Of a stretch of 64,000 nucleotides of DNA, positions 39,589 to 51,023 are shown in pieces; position 1 is the first letter of the stretch; each line of letters starts with the position of its first letter. The translations under genes were made by a program, and so were the position numbers. The DNA comes from an uncultured Actinomyces sp. (GTDB lineage Bacteria > Actinomycetota > Actinomycetes > S36-B12): positions 13,904 to 77,903 of the forward strand of contig CAZICY010000002.1 in NCBI GenBank assembly GCA_964537955.1, in the 5' to 3' direction. The notes under the pieces are model-generated. The model ran no database searches. It was given only the letters and a program-made list of their open reading frames with translations, and was not told the DNA's origin.

Positions 39589-40140
39589 ATGAGCGCGCGG
39601 CCCGACGAGCCCGAGACAGGGCCTGATCGCGACCGAGACCGTGACCGTCCGCATCGCCTGCGCGAGGGCTTCGAGGACGCCGTCGAGGGCCTGGAGGAGC
39701 GCGCCGAGGATCTCGCCGAGGACCTGGTCGAGGGCTTCGAGGAGACCGTCGACCGGGTGCTGCCCCCGCACATGCGCGCGCGAGCCTGGGCCCGGCGGCG
39801 CCGCTCGACGCATGTGATGTGGCAGGCCGGCGTCCTCATCTTGGGCTTCGGCCTCGTGCTGGCCGGCATCGCCATGCTCGTCTTGCCCGGTCCCGGCTGG
39901 GCCACGATCATCCTGGGCTTCATCGTGCTGGCGTCCGAGTACGCCTGGGCGAGCCGGCTCCTGGATCCAGTGAAGCGTTGGGCAAAGCGAGCGGCCGATG
40001 CCGCGCTGGACCCACGCGTGCGCAGGCGCAACCTCATCATCGCCGGCGCGCTCGTCATGGCGGGGGTCGCCCTCGCGTGGTGGTACGTCGCGACCTTCGG
40101 CCTGTCCCTGCAGCCGGTCACGGGGCTGCTCCCCGGCTAG
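39589..40140 (+). CDS. PGPGW-domain (TIGR02611-like) membrane protein
   Basis: LVLPGPGW..I..G..VLASEY.WA. Confidence 0.8.
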   Translation: MSARPDEPETGPDRDRDRDRPHRLREGFEDAVEGLEERAEDLAEDLVEGFEETVDRVLPPHMRARAWARRRRSTHVMWQAGVLILGFGLVLAGIAMLVLPGPGWATIILGFIVLASEYAWASRLLDPVKRWAKRAADAALDPRVRRRNLIIAGALVMAGVALAWWYVATFGLSLQPVTGLLPG

Positions 40141-40175
40141 ACCGGTGCGGTAGTCTCACGGTCCGCACCACGAGC

Positions 40176-40247
<72 letters not shown>

Positions 40248-40299
40248 CCGGACTCTTGCGCTCCCGCGGGAGCCTGCGACGCCTCACCGGGGAGGATCC

Positions 40300-42309
40300 G
40301 TGCCGACCGTCACCATCGCTGCCGCCGATGGCCTCCGGTCGGCCGAGATCGATGACGGGGCCACCGCCGGCGATGTCGTGGCCGATGGGCGACGTGTCGT
40401 GGTCGCCCGCATCAACGGGGAGCTCCGCGACCTGGCGACCGAGTTGGCCGACGGCGACGTCATCGAGGCCGTCGGCGTCGACACCGCCGAAGGTCTCGCG
40501 GTCCTGCGTCACTCCACGGCCCACGTGCTGGCGCAGGCAGTGCAGGACACCTTCCCCGAGGCCAAGCTCGGCATCGGCCCGCCGGTGCGGGACGGCTTCT
40601 ACTACGACTTCTCCGTCGAGCGGCCCTTCACCCCCGAGGACCTGAAGGCTCTCGAGAAGCGGATGCAGGAGATCGTGAAGTCCGGCCAGCGGTTCTCCCG
40701 CCGCGTCGTCACCGACGCCGAGGCCACGCGCGAGCTCGCGGGCGAGCCCTTCAAGCTGCGCCTGATCGGCAGCGAGGGCGGGGCCGAGGTGATGGAGGTC
40801 GGCGGGTCCGAGCTCACGATCTACGACAACGTCGACGCCAAGTCGGGCGCGGTCTGCTGGGCGGACCTGTGCCGCGGGCCGCACGTGCCCGACACCCGCT
40901 TCATCCCGCCCAATGCCTTCAAGCTCATGCGCACCGCGGCGGCGTACTGGCTCGGCGACCAGGCCAATGAGCAACTGCAGCGCGTCTACGGCACGGCGTG
41001 GCCGTCCAAGGAGGAGCTCCAGGCCTACCTCACCTTCCTCGAGGAGGCCGAGAAGCGCGACCATCGCAAGCTCGGCGCCGAGCTCGACCTCTTCAGCTTC
41101 CCCGAGGAGATCGGCTCCGGCCTCGCGGTGTTCCACCCCAAGGGCGGCGTGGTGCGGCGCGTCATGGAGGACTACTCCCGGCGTCGCCACGAGGAGGCGG
41201 GCTACGAGTTCGTCAACACGCCCCACATCACGAAGTCAGCGCTCTTCGAGAAGTCAGGCCACCTCGACTGGTACGCCGAGGGGATGTACCCGCCCATGCA
41301 GCTCGATGCCGAGGTCGATGCGGACGGCATCGTGCGTCGCCAGGGCTTCGACTACTACCTCAAGCCGATGAACTGCCCCATGCACAACCTGATCTTCGAC
41401 GCCCGTGGGCGCTCCTACCGCGAGCTGCCGCTGCGGCTGTTCGAGTTCGGCACGGTCTACCGCTACGAGAAGTCCGGCGTGGTGCAGGGCATGACCCGCG
41501 CGCGTGGCTTCACCCAGGACGATGCTCACATCTACTGCACGCGCGAACAGATGGCCGATGAGCTCGACAAGCTGCTCACGTTCGTGCTCGACCTGCTGCG
41601 CGACTACGGCCTCGAGGACTTCTACCTCGAGCTGTCCACCCGGGATCCGGAGAAGTCCGTGGGATCGGACGAGGTGTGGGCCGAGGCGACCGAGGTGCTG
41701 CGCGAGGCCGCCGAGAAGCAGGGCCTGGAACTCGTGCTCGACGAGGGTGGCGCGGCGTTCTACGGACCCAAGATCTCGGTGCAGGCCAAGGACGCGATCG
41801 GGCGCACCTGGCAGATGTCGACGATCCAGCTCGACTTCAACCTCCCCGAGCGATTCGACCTCGAGTACGCCGCCCCGGATGGCACGCGCCAGCGGCCCGT
41901 GATGATCCATCGCGCGCTCTTCGGCTCCATCGAGCGCTTCTTCGCCGTGCTGCTCGAGCACTACGCGGGCGCCTTCCCCCCGTGGCTGGCACCCGTGCAG
42001 GTCGTCGCGATCCCGGTCTCGGACGCTCACGTGGACTACCTGCACGAGGTGGCCTCTCGCCTGCGTGAGCAGGGGATCCGCGTCGAGGTCGACGACGCGG
42101 ACGATCGCATGCAGAAGAAGATCCGCACGGCGCAGAAGTCCAAGGTGCCCTACATGCTCATCGCCGGCGACGACGACATGGCCGCAGGAGCCGTGTCCTT
42201 CCGCTACCGCGACGGCAGCCAGCGCAACGGCGTGCCCGTGGACGAGGCGGTCGCCGAGATCCTCTCCGCGGTCGCCGAGCGACGCCAGGTGGAGAGCGCG
42301 CCGTCATGA
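40300..42309 (+). CDS. thrS: Threonine--tRNA ligase
   Basis: RHSTAH, DLCRGPH, RDHRKLG, KPMNCP, FTQDDAH, AFYGPK, MIHRA. Confidence 0.97.
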   Translation: MPTVTIAAADGLRSAEIDDGATAGDVVADGRRVVVARINGELRDLATELADGDVIEAVGVDTAEGLAVLRHSTAHVLAQAVQDTFPEAKLGIGPPVRDGFYYDFSVERPFTPEDLKALEKRMQEIVKSGQRFSRRVVTDAEATRELAGEPFKLRLIGSEGGAEVMEVGGSELTIYDNVDAKSGAVCWADLCRGPHVPDTRFIPPNAFKLMRTAAAYWLGDQANEQLQRVYGTAWPSKEELQAYLTFLEEAEKRDHRKLGAELDLFSFPEEIGSGLAVFHPKGGVVRRVMEDYSRRRHEEAGYEFVNTPHITKSALFEKSGHLDWYAEGMYPPMQLDAEVDADGIVRRQGFDYYLKPMNCPMHNLIFDARGRSYRELPLRLFEFGTVYRYEKSGVVQGMTRARGFTQDDAHIYCTREQMADELDKLLTFVLDLLRDYGLEDFYLELSTRDPEKSVGSDEVWAEATEVLREAAEKQGLELVLDEGGAAFYGPKISVQAKDAIGRTWQMSTIQLDFNLPERFDLEYAAPDGTRQRPVMIHRALFGSIERFFAVLLEHYAGAFPPWLAPVQVVAIPVSDAHVDYLHEVASRLREQGIRVEVDDADDRMQKKIRTAQKSKVPYMLIAGDDDMAAGAVSFRYRDGSQRNGVPVDEAVAEILSAVAERRQVESAPS

Positions 42310-42848
42310 CCGAGGGGCCGGTGCTCGACCACGGAGGCATGCCGGATCGCTGGCAACGCCTGTGGACGCCGCACCGCGAGGCCTACCTCCGCGGCGAGAG
42401 CCGGCCTGCGCACGACGGCCCCGGTGACGAGTGCCCCTTCTGTCGCGCCCCCGGCCTTCCCGAGGGTGAGGGGCTCGTCGTGGCACGCGGGGATGCGGCG
42501 TACGTCGTGATGAACCTCTATCCCTACAACGCTGGGCACCTGCTCGTGTGCCCCTACCGCCACGTGGCGGACTACACCGAGCTCGACCCGGCCGAGGTGG
42601 CGGAGATCGGGCGCCTCACCCAGCGGTCCATGGAGGTTCTGCGCCAGGTCACGCGGGCGCAGGGCTTCAACATCGGCATCAACCAGGGCAAGGTCGGCGG
42701 TGCCGGCATCGCCGGCCATCTGCACCAGCACGTCGTGCCGCGTTGGGGAGGCGACACCAACTTCCTCCCGGTGGTGGGGCACACCAAGACGATGCCGCAG
42801 TTGCTCGACGAGACCCGGGAACTCCTCGCAGAGGCGTGGCTCGGCTGA
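42306..42848 (+). CDS. HIT-domain protein (Ap4A phosphorylase-like)
   Basis: LWTPHR..Y, CPFC, NLYPYN.GH, HLHQH, PRWGGD. Confidence 0.9.
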   Translation: MTEGPVLDHGGMPDRWQRLWTPHREAYLRGESRPAHDGPGDECPFCRAPGLPEGEGLVVARGDAAYVVMNLYPYNAGHLLVCPYRHVADYTELDPAEVAEIGRLTQRSMEVLRQVTRAQGFNIGINQGKVGGAGIAGHLHQHVVPRWGGDTNFLPVVGHTKTMPQLLDETRELLAEAWLG

Positions 42849-43300
42849 TGGCGATCATCAGCGGCCCCGGCGGCGTCGACCTCGAGGGTGCGCTCGCGGC
42901 AGCCGGCGTGCGGTTCGTCCATGCTCCGGGAGACGACGCACCCGCGGAACTCGTGGCGCAGATCCTCCAGCCCGACGAGCGCGAGATCCGTGCGGTCGTG
43001 GTGGCGGACCCGCCCGAGCCGGGAGGCGAGCACGCCGGCATGGGTGCATGGCACGTCAATGCGGTCGACGAGGTGCACTTCGTGCGCAGCGGACGCGGCC
43101 TCCTGCAGTTCTCGTTGCCCGAGGGCACGTGCACCGTGGAGGTTTCAGCGGGCGACGTCATGATCGTGCGAGGCGCCGAGCATCGCTACCTGCCGATCGA
43201 GCCGCAGGAGTGGGTGCTGCGTCACTCCGGGCCCGCGGATGCCGACCTGGGCGCCCGCGACACCGGCCGCGCAGCCGGGCCGTGGCCCGCACGCGATTGA
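42848..43300 (+). CDS. Cupin, acireductone dioxygenase-like
   Basis: HVN..DEVHFV.SG.G..F, GDVMIV...H. Confidence 0.65.
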   Translation: MAIISGPGGVDLEGALAAAGVRFVHAPGDDAPAELVAQILQPDEREIRAVVVADPPEPGGEHAGMGAWHVNAVDEVHFVRSGRGLLQFSLPEGTCTVEVSAGDVMIVRGAEHRYLPIEPQEWVLRHSGPADADLGARDTGRAAGPWPARD

Positions 43301-43350
43301 GGGTCTCCCAGACGCGCGCGAGCCCCTCGGCCACATGGGCCGGCATGGCT

Positions 43351-44850
43351 TCATGGCCGTGGTAGCGGCGCCCGGACCGGCTCGCTGTCGACGCTCACGC
43401 CGAACCGGCTCGCGAGGCGATCGAGCACGACGTCGACGTGCGCCTCGCCCATGCACCACAGCACGATGTGACCGGTGTCAGGGTTGCGCTCCACTCGCAG
43501 GGTCGGATCCTCGGCGGCGAGGCGCCCGAGTGCGGCCGTGAGCCTGCCCTCGTCCGACGACGCATGCGCCAGGATCGCGATGGGGAGCAGCGGCTCGGGC
43601 ATGGACCAGGGCTCGATGAGGAGCGGGTGATCGGGTGAGGAGAGGGTGTCCCCGGTCTCGGCGTGTGGGAGCTCGGCCACGAGGCCGATGTCACCGGCAC
43701 CCAGGGCTGCGATGGCCTGGAGCGACGTGCCCACGCGCGTGCTGATGGCGCCCATACGCTCGTCGACCTCGTGATCGTCGTGCCCGCGGTCGGACAGGAA
43801 GTGACCGGACACATGAAGCGCCGCATCGGGATGCAGCGTGCCGGAGAACACGCGCACGAGCGAGACACGTCCGACGTTGGGATCGGACGATGTCTGCACC
43901 ACCTCGGCGCAGAGCGGCCCCGAAGGGACGCACGACAGCGGAGCCATGGGGCTCCCGTCGGGCCCAGTGACGAGCGGCAGGGGATGCTCCAGCGGCGACG
44001 GGAAGCCGCGCGTCATCACCTGGAGGAGCTCGGCCATGCCGAAGCCCGTCGGGGCGGTGGCGGTGAAGAGCACGGGGAAGAAGTGCCCGCGTGCGACGGC
44101 CTTCTCCACTTCCGACATTGCCGCCTCGAAGGGGATCTCCCCTCCACTGAGGAAGCGCTCCACGAGTTCCTCGTCCTCGGACTCGGTGATGATCGCCGCG
44201 AGGAGCCCGGCGCGTGCATCCGAGATCAGGTCCACATGCTGTGGATCGGCATCGCGATCCACGCGCACCCCGTCGGAGTAGTCGCGGATGCCCTGGGAGA
44301 TCAGATCGATGAGGCCCGCCACTCGACCATCGTCCGCATGCATCGGCAGGTAGAGGGGCAGGATGCCCGTGCCTTCGCCGAGCATCGCCTGGCACGCCTC
44401 GACGGTGCCCTCGGCATCCGCGCGGTCATCATCCAACTGCGTCACCACGATGGCACGCGGCATGCCCACGGCCGCGCACTCGTCCCACAGCATGGCCGTG
44501 GCCGTGTCGACCCCCTCGACCGCTGACACCACGAACAGGGCCGCGTCGGCGGCGCGCAGGCCAGCACGCACCTCGCCCACGAAGTCGGCGTAGCCGGGAG
44601 TGTCGAGCACGTTCAAGCGGATGCCCTCCCACTCCAGGGGCACCAGGCTCAGCGAGACGGATCGCTGCTGACGCCGCTCGGCATCCTGTGTGTCGGACAG
44701 CGTGGTCCCGTCCTCGACGGTGCCGGGCCGGGCGAGGGCACCCGTCGCGACGGCGAGCCGCTCCACCAGCGTGGTCTTGCCCGAGTGGCTGGGCCCGACG
44801 AGCACGACGTTGCGTATCCGGGCCGGGTCGATCGGGGCGGTGAGGGTCAC
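43351..44850 (-). pseudogene. EF-G-like protein (EF-G2/FusA2) truncated after domain III
   Basis: IRNVVLVG..HSGKTT, DTPGYADF, RVFSGTL, ETGDTL, EDPTL, MGEAH; only 499 aa; C-terminus-like peptide in another frame at the stop. Confidence 0.7.
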
Positions 44851-45070
44851 GGCAGCCTCCCTGGCGATGCGACACGGCCCGGCCGGGCAGATGCCGAGCC
44901 TTCGCAAGCCACCCTTGCCGTCGGGGACGTCGGGCGCAAGGGACTTCGGCCTCCGCCTGGCGCATCGTCGGGCCGAGGCGAGCGCCGTACGATGGGGCGG
45001 CCGGACCCGCCGGCACGCGCCGAGGCGTCGGCGAGACCGCCGTGGACCCCTCCACGGCCGAGGAGTGGTC

Positions 45071-45691
45071 GTGCTCAACAATCCGGCGGCGCGCAAGGTG
45101 TCCACCGCCGTCCTCGAGCCCGTTGCGCGACTGCTCCTGAGGCTCCACGTGTCACCCGATGCCGTGACGGTGGTCGGGACCCTCATCACGTGCACGGCCG
45201 CGCTCTACTTCTTCCCGCGCGGCGACTTCGTCCCGGGCGTGCTCATCATCGCCGCGTCCGTGATCGCCGACCTGCTCGACGGCACGATGGCGCGGCTGTC
45301 CGGCCGGGCGGGGCCCTGGGGCAACTTCCTCGACGCCACCCTCGACCGCGTCGCCGACGGCTGCGTCTTCGGCGCCCTAGTGCTGTGGGCCGCGTCCACG
45401 GGCAATCCGTGGACCACGGGGGCGGCACTCACCTGCCTGGTGGGCGGCCAGGTCATCTCCTATGCCAAGGCGCGCGCGGAGGCGGTCGGTGCCACCGCCA
45501 ACGTCGGCATCGCGGAGCGTGCCGAGCGCCTGATCGTGGTACTCCTGGCCGCTCTGCTCGCCGGGCTCGGCGTTCCCTATGTCCTCCCCGTCGCCCTCGG
45601 CGGCCTCGCCGTGCTGAGCGTCATCACCGTCGTGCAGCGGATCGTCGTGGTCAGGCGCCAGCTGAAGGCACCGGGCGGGAGCGGCGCGTGA
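45071..45691 (+). CDS. pgsA: Phosphatidylinositol phosphate synthase (CDP-alcohol phosphotransferase)
   Basis: DLLDG.MAR...GPWG.FLDATLDR.AD; SYAKARAE; AGGAG RBS. Confidence 0.9.
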   Translation: MLNNPAARKVSTAVLEPVARLLLRLHVSPDAVTVVGTLITCTAALYFFPRGDFVPGVLIIAASVIADLLDGTMARLSGRAGPWGNFLDATLDRVADGCVFGALVLWAASTGNPWTTGAALTCLVGGQVISYAKARAEAVGATANVGIAERAERLIVVLLAALLAGLGVPYVLPVALGGLAVLSVITVVQRIVVVRRQLKAPGGSGA

Positions 45692-46590
45692 GCGTGTCCG
45701 ACACCCTGACGGAAGTGGGGTTCGGAGCAGGCTGGGCCGCCGTCAAGCGGCTCCCCGAGCCGGTCGTTGACCGCGCCTTCCGGGCGCTGGCCGATCGGAC
45801 GTATCGCAAGGACGGACCCGGCGTCCGCCAGCTGCGGGCCAACCTCGCGCGAGTGCTCTCGCCGGCACGCTCAGCGGAGCTGGAGGAGACCACCCACGAG
45901 GGCGTGCGGCGCTACCTGCGCTACTGGAGCGAGGCCTTCCGACTGCCCTCGTGGTCCCCGCAGCGGCTGCGCGACACCTTCGATCTCATCGAGGGGCAGG
46001 AAGCGCTCGACGCGGCCGTGGCCGCCGGGACAGGCGCGGTCATGGTGACCAGCCACAGCGGCAACTGGGACCACGCCGGTGCCTGGGCCTGCGACCGCTA
46101 CGGCGGCCTCGTCACCGTCGCGGAGCGCCTCAAGCCCGCGGGCCTCTACGACAAGTTCGTGGCCTATCGCGAATCGCTCGGCATGGAGGTGCTCCCGTTC
46201 GGAGGCGACGACACCTTCCGCACGCTGCTGCGCCGCCTCCGCGAGGGCAAGCTCGTCTGCCTGGTGGCCGATCGTGACCTGTCCGGCAGCGGCGTCCCCG
46301 TCGAGTTCTTCGGCGAGACGGCATCGATGCCCGCCGGGCCCGCGACCTTGTCGCTCCTCACGGGAGCCCCGCTCATGCCCGTGGAGTTGTGGCATGTGGA
46401 CGGCGGCCTCGCCGGACGCGTGCACCAGGCCCTGCCCACGCCTGACAGTGGCGAGCGCAAGGAGCGCGTCGCGACGCTGACGCAGTCCATGGCCGACGTC
46501 TTCGCCGAGTGCATCGCCGCCCATCCGGCGGACTGGCACATGATGCAGCGCCTCTGGCTCAGCGACCTGCCGCAGCGGGTCGCAGCGTGA
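45688..46590 (+). CDS. patA: Phosphatidylinositol mannoside acyltransferase
   Basis: RYW.EAFRLP, HSGNWD, DWHMMQ; pgsA-patA-pimA order. Confidence 0.88.
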   Translation: MSVSDTLTEVGFGAGWAAVKRLPEPVVDRAFRALADRTYRKDGPGVRQLRANLARVLSPARSAELEETTHEGVRRYLRYWSEAFRLPSWSPQRLRDTFDLIEGQEALDAAVAAGTGAVMVTSHSGNWDHAGAWACDRYGGLVTVAERLKPAGLYDKFVAYRESLGMEVLPFGGDDTFRTLLRRLREGKLVCLVADRDLSGSGVPVEFFGETASMPAGPATLSLLTGAPLMPVELWHVDGGLAGRVHQALPTPDSGERKERVATLTQSMADVFAECIAAHPADWHMMQRLWLSDLPQRVAA

Positions 46591-47759
46591 AGATCGGCAT
46601 CGTCTGCCCCTATGCCTGGGACGTGCCGGGGGGAGTGCAGGCTCACATTCGCGACCAGGCCGAGACGCTCATCGAGATGGGCCACGAGGTCAGCGTCATC
46701 ACGCCGGTCGAGGACCCGACCTCCTTGCCTCCCTACGCCGTCGACGGCGGCCGCCCAAGGCCCGTCCCCTACAACGGCTCGGTGGCCCGGCTCACCTTCG
46801 GGGTCAAGGCCACCGCACGCGTGCGTCGCTGGATCCGCGAGGGAGAGTTCGACGTGCTGCACGTGCACGAGCCGCTCGCCCCATCGCTCGGCGTCCTCGC
46901 CTGCTGGGCGGCCCGCGGCCCCATCGTGGCGACAGTGCACTCCTCCATCGAGCGCTCCAGGGTGCTCGTCACCGGCTACTACCTCGCCCAGACCGCACTG
47001 GAGAAGATCTCCGCCCTCGTCGCCGTGAGCGAGCATGCTCGCCGCACGATCGTCGACCACCTCGGCGGTGACGCGGTCCTCATCCCCAACGGCGTCCGCG
47101 TCGATCACTATGACGGCGCGCTGCCTCTGCGCGAGTGGGACGGCCCCGCCATCGGATTCCTCGGGCGGATGGACGAGCCGCGCAAGGGACTGCCGGTCCT
47201 GCTCGAGGCCTTCGCCGGCATCCGTGCTCGCCGGCCCGACGCCACGCTCGTCCTCATCGGGCCTGGGGACCCGGATGAGGTGCTCGCGGACGTGCCGGCG
47301 CACGTGCGCGGTGCCATCGTGGCGCTCGGCCGCCTCGATGAGGCGGACAAGGCTCGTGCCCTCGCGTCCCTGGACGCCTACGTCGCGCCGAACACGGGCG
47401 GAGAGTCCTTCGGCATCGTCCTGCTCGAGGCCATGGCGGCAGGCGCCCCCGTCGTCGCGAGCGACCTGGATGCCTTCGCTCGCGTCCTCGACGGCGGCCG
47501 GTGCGGGGTGCTCTTCCCCGTCGGCGATGCCGCCGCCCTGGAGACCACCGTGGTGGGGCTTCTCGATGATGCGGACGAGCGCGCACGGCTCGTGGAGGCC
47601 GGAGCGCGTCGCGTCACGGCGTACGACTGGCGCACGGTCGCAGGCGATCTCATCGACGTCTATGCCAGCGTCACCGCGGGCCAGGGCAAGGTCCGGGAGG
47701 ACCTGCGCGGCCAGATCGTCGGGCGACTGGCCAGCCGCCGGTCGGCGGGGGCCGGCTGA
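46587..47759 (+). CDS. pimA: Phosphatidyl-myo-inositol alpha-mannosyltransferase (GT4)
   Basis: CPY.WDVPGGVQ.H, PYNGSVAR, HVHEP, EPRKG, GESFGIVLLEAM. Confidence 0.9.
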   Translation: MKIGIVCPYAWDVPGGVQAHIRDQAETLIEMGHEVSVITPVEDPTSLPPYAVDGGRPRPVPYNGSVARLTFGVKATARVRRWIREGEFDVLHVHEPLAPSLGVLACWAARGPIVATVHSSIERSRVLVTGYYLAQTALEKISALVAVSEHARRTIVDHLGGDAVLIPNGVRVDHYDGALPLREWDGPAIGFLGRMDEPRKGLPVLLEAFAGIRARRPDATLVLIGPGDPDEVLADVPAHVRGAIVALGRLDEADKARALASLDAYVAPNTGGESFGIVLLEAMAAGAPVVASDLDAFARVLDGGRCGVLFPVGDAAALETTVVGLLDDADERARLVEAGARRVTAYDWRTVAGDLIDVYASVTAGQGKVREDLRGQIVGRLASRRSAGAG

Positions 47760-48310
47760 TGGGCGCCTGGTGGTGGGCCATCGCGGCGGTCGTCGCGATC
47801 GCCTTCGTCGGGCTCTACCTCAGCATGACGGCGGGCCGGCTGGACAGGCTGCACCGCCGCATCGACACGTCACTGCACGCCCTGGACACGCAATTGCTGC
47901 GGCGCTCGGCGCTGTCGCTGGACATGGCGGCGAGCGGGGTCTTCGACCCCGCGACAGCGGTGGTGGTGGCGGATTCGGCCCACGGCGCTCGGGCGGCGTC
48001 GGAGGACGACATCATCGCGCGCGGCCTCGCGGAGAGCGATCTCACACGCGTGCTCGTCGAGGCCATCCCCGATGCCCAGGAGGCCGAGGACCTACGCGAA
48101 GCGGCACCCGATCCCGCCATGCTCGATGACCTGAGGCGGACCTGCGTGCGCGTGCAGTTGTCGCGTCGCTTCCACAATGACGCCGTGCGTGCCTGCCGGC
48201 AGGTGCGCCGGCAGCGCCTCGTGAGGTGGCTGCGCCTCGCCGGCCACACGCCCTGGCCTGAGACGGTGGAGATGGACGACACGCCGCCGCCGGGCCTTAC
48301 CGCGCGCTGA
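47759..48310 (+). CDS. Conserved membrane-anchored helical protein (LemA-like)
   Basis: N-terminal TM, A.RLDRLH.R, LD.QL.RR, RRFHNDAV, RLAG; usual neighbour of pimA. Confidence 0.75.
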   Translation: MGAWWWAIAAVVAIAFVGLYLSMTAGRLDRLHRRIDTSLHALDTQLLRRSALSLDMAASGVFDPATAVVVADSAHGARAASEDDIIARGLAESDLTRVLVEAIPDAQEAEDLREAAPDPAMLDDLRRTCVRVQLSRRFHNDAVRACRQVRRQRLVRWLRLAGHTPWPETVEMDDTPPPGLTAR

Positions 48311-48337
48311 GCGGGTGTCCCGACGTACCGTGGATCA

Positions 48338-49375
48338 ATGCGCCTGACCGTGACCCTCGCCATCGGTGCGCTCTTCCTCGTCGGCTGCGGCGGCGGCGAG
48401 CCCGCCCCCGTCACGCCCAGCCCGAGCCCGACCCCGACGACCTCCTCGGCCTCGGCGAGCCCGTCGGCGCTGCCGACCCCGTCCGATGGCATCCCGGCGG
48501 GGGCCTCGCCCTTCTCCGGCCTGCCGGGCGGCGAGGGCAAGCCGGTCCTGGCCGTGAAGATCGACAACACGCGCCCGGCCATGCCCCACTCCGGCCTGCG
48601 GTCCGCCGACCTCGTCTACGTGACCGAGGTCGAGTGGGATCTCACGCGCTTCATCGCGATCTTCAACTCCCAGATCCCCGACGTGATCGGGCCGGTGCGC
48701 TCGGCCCGCGTCAGCGACATGGACATCCTCGTCCCCTTCGGCAAGATCGCCTTCTCGAACTCCGGAGCCCAGTCCAAGCTGCTTCCGGTGATCGCCGCCG
48801 CCAACCTCTACGACGTCTCGGCGGAGAAGGCCTACGCCGCGTTCTACGACGATCCCGGGCGCCCAGCGCCGGTCAATCACATGGCCGATCCCCGCACCCT
48901 GCTGGCGGCAGCGCCCGACGCGGAGGTCGCCCGCGACATCGGATTCGTCTTCTCCGCGGAGCCTCCCGCTGGCGGCACGCCGGTGTCGACGGTGACCGCG
49001 ACATGGCCTTCGTCCGAGGTGTCCTTCACCTGGGACGCCGCAGCGGGCGACTTCATCGTGGGACTCAACGGCGAGGAGTCGCGCGCCACCGAGGGCGGCC
49101 CCCAGCGCGCGGCCACCGTGGTCATCCAGTCGGTTCAGCAGTCCGATTCCGGCTACGGCGATCGCTACGGCGGCCGCACCCCCCTCATCGAGACCGTGGG
49201 CACCGGAGCCGCCATCGTCCTGCGCGATGGCCGGATGTGGTCGGTGACCTGGGAGCGGCCCACCCTCGAGGAGGGCACCCGCTTCTTCCTGCCCGACGGC
49301 ACGCAGATGCCGTTTGCCATCGGGCAGGAGTGGATCGTGCTCATGGACGAGTCCATGAAGCCCAAGATCACCTGA
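48338..49375 (+). CDS. DUF3048 (YerB-like) lipoprotein
   Basis: LVGC lipobox; AVKIDN, GL..AD.VY, GPVRSAR. Confidence 0.82.
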   Translation: MRLTVTLAIGALFLVGCGGGEPAPVTPSPSPTPTTSSASASPSALPTPSDGIPAGASPFSGLPGGEGKPVLAVKIDNTRPAMPHSGLRSADLVYVTEVEWDLTRFIAIFNSQIPDVIGPVRSARVSDMDILVPFGKIAFSNSGAQSKLLPVIAAANLYDVSAEKAYAAFYDDPGRPAPVNHMADPRTLLAAAPDAEVARDIGFVFSAEPPAGGTPVSTVTATWPSSEVSFTWDAAAGDFIVGLNGEESRATEGGPQRAATVVIQSVQQSDSGYGDRYGGRTPLIETVGTGAAIVLRDGRMWSVTWERPTLEEGTRFFLPDGTQMPFAIGQEWIVLMDESMKPKIT

Positions 49376-49381
49376 GGCCAG

Positions 49382-49410
49382 GGCCGACCGGGGCGGGCGC
49401 CCCGTCGGCC
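49382..49410 (+). terminator. GC-rich hairpin after DUF3048 gene
   Basis: GGCCGA-c-CGGGGC-gggc-GCCCCG-TCGGCC; no U tract. Confidence 0.4.
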
Positions 49411-49482
49411 TGCCGCTCGCGCGCACCCCGACTACCATGGGCGCAGGCCGCGGGCGTCGCGGCACTGTCGTGAGAGGTCACC

Positions 49483-50382
49483 GTGTCGGATTCCCCCAGC
49501 CTTGTCACCGGCACCACCCGCGTGAAGCGGGGAATGGCGGAGATGCTCAAGGGCGGCGTGATCATGGACGTCGTCACCCCGGAGCAGGCGAAGATCGCCG
49601 AGGACGCCGGAGCGGTCGCGGTCATGGCGCTGGAGCGCGTGCCCGCTGACATCCGCGCCCAGGGTGGCGTCGCCCGCATGTCCGACCCCGACATGATCCA
49701 GGGCATCATCGAAGCGGTCACCATCCCCGTGATGGCCAAGGCGCGCATCGGTCACTTCGCCGAGGCCCAGGTCATCCAGTCCCTCGGCGTCGACTACATC
49801 GACGAGTCCGAGGTGCTCACGCCCGCGGACTACTCCAATCACATCGACAAGTGGCAGTTCACCGTGCCCTTCGTGTGCGGCGCCACCAATCTCGGCGAGG
49901 CACTGCGGCGCATCACCGAAGGCGCCGCCATGATCCGCTCCAAGGGCGAGGCCGGCACAGGAGACGTGTCCAATGCCGTCACCCACATGCGGCGGATCCT
50001 GGGCGAGATCCGCGCGCTGGCCGCGCGTTCGGACGACGAGCTCTTCGTTGCCGCCAAGGAGCTCCAGGCCCCCTACGAGCTCGTGGTCGAGGTCGCCCGG
50101 TCCGGGCGCCTGCCCGTGGTGCTCTTCACGGCGGGTGGCATCGCGACCCCGGCCGACGCCGCGATGATGATGCAGCTGGGCGCCGAGGGCGTCTTCGTCG
50201 GCTCGGGCATCTTCAAGTCCGGTGACCCGGTGAAGCGCGCCGAGGCCATCGTGCAGGCCACCCGCCACTTCGACAATCCCGATGTCGTGGCGAAGGTGTC
50301 GCGCGGCCTGGGCGAGGCGATGGTCGGCATCAATGTCGCCGACATCCCGGTCCACCACCGCCTCGAAGACCGGGGCTGGTGA
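49483..50382 (+). CDS. pdxS: PLP synthase lyase subunit
   Basis: [44 protein letters not shown]. Confidence 0.97.
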   Translation: MSDSPSLVTGTTRVKRGMAEMLKGGVIMDVVTPEQAKIAEDAGAVAVMALERVPADIRAQGGVARMSDPDMIQGIIEAVTIPVMAKARIGHFAEAQVIQSLGVDYIDESEVLTPADYSNHIDKWQFTVPFVCGATNLGEALRRITEGAAMIRSKGEAGTGDVSNAVTHMRRILGEIRALAARSDDELFVAAKELQAPYELVVEVARSGRLPVVLFTAGGIATPADAAMMMQLGAEGVFVGSGIFKSGDPVKRAEAIVQATRHFDNPDVVAKVSRGLGEAMVGINVADIPVHHRLEDRGW

Positions 50383-51023
50383 CGGGCGCAGCGCCCTCGA
50401 TCGGCGTCCTGTCCCTCCAGGGTGACGTCCGCGAGCACCTCAGGGCGCTCGTCGAGGCCGGTGCCGAAGCGGTGCCGGTCGGCGATGCCGGGCAGTTGGC
50501 CTCGGTCGATGCCCTGGTGATTCCCGGGGGCGAGTCGACGACGATGTCCATGCTGGCCGTCCGGGACCAGCTCATGGAGCCGCTGCGCGCCGCGCGCGCG
50601 GAGGGCATGCCGATGTACGGATCCTGCGCAGGGATGATCATGCTCGCTGACGACGTCCTGGACGCGCGCGCCGACCAGGAGACGGTCGGGGGCATCTCCA
50701 TGGTCGTGCGCCGCAATGCGTTCGGGCGCCAGGTGGACTCCTTCGAGACGCACATCGACGTCGCCGGGATCGAGGGGAGCTTCCCCGCGGTCTTCATCCG
50801 GGCCCCGTGGGTGGAGTCGGTGGGGGAGGGCGTCGAGGTCCTCGCCCGGGTGACCCTGCCCAACAGGGGCGGCTCCGCCGTCCCGCCGGACACGGCGGGT
50901 GGGGCGGATACGATCGTGGCGGTCAGGCAGGGGCCGCTCGTCGCCACCTCGTTCCACCCGGAGCTCACCGGTGACGCGCGCTTCCACGAGATGTTCGTCC
51001 GGATTGTGAGGCAGTACGCATGA
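50379..51023 (+). CDS. pdxT: PLP synthase glutaminase subunit
   Basis: [30 protein letters not shown]. Confidence 0.95.
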   Translation: MTGAAPSIGVLSLQGDVREHLRALVEAGAEAVPVGDAGQLASVDALVIPGGESTTMSMLAVRDQLMEPLRAARAEGMPMYGSCAGMIMLADDVLDARADQETVGGISMVVRRNAFGRQVDSFETHIDVAGIEGSFPAVFIRAPWVESVGEGVEVLARVTLPNRGGSAVPPDTAGGADTIVAVRQGPLVATSFHPELTGDARFHEMFVRIVRQYA

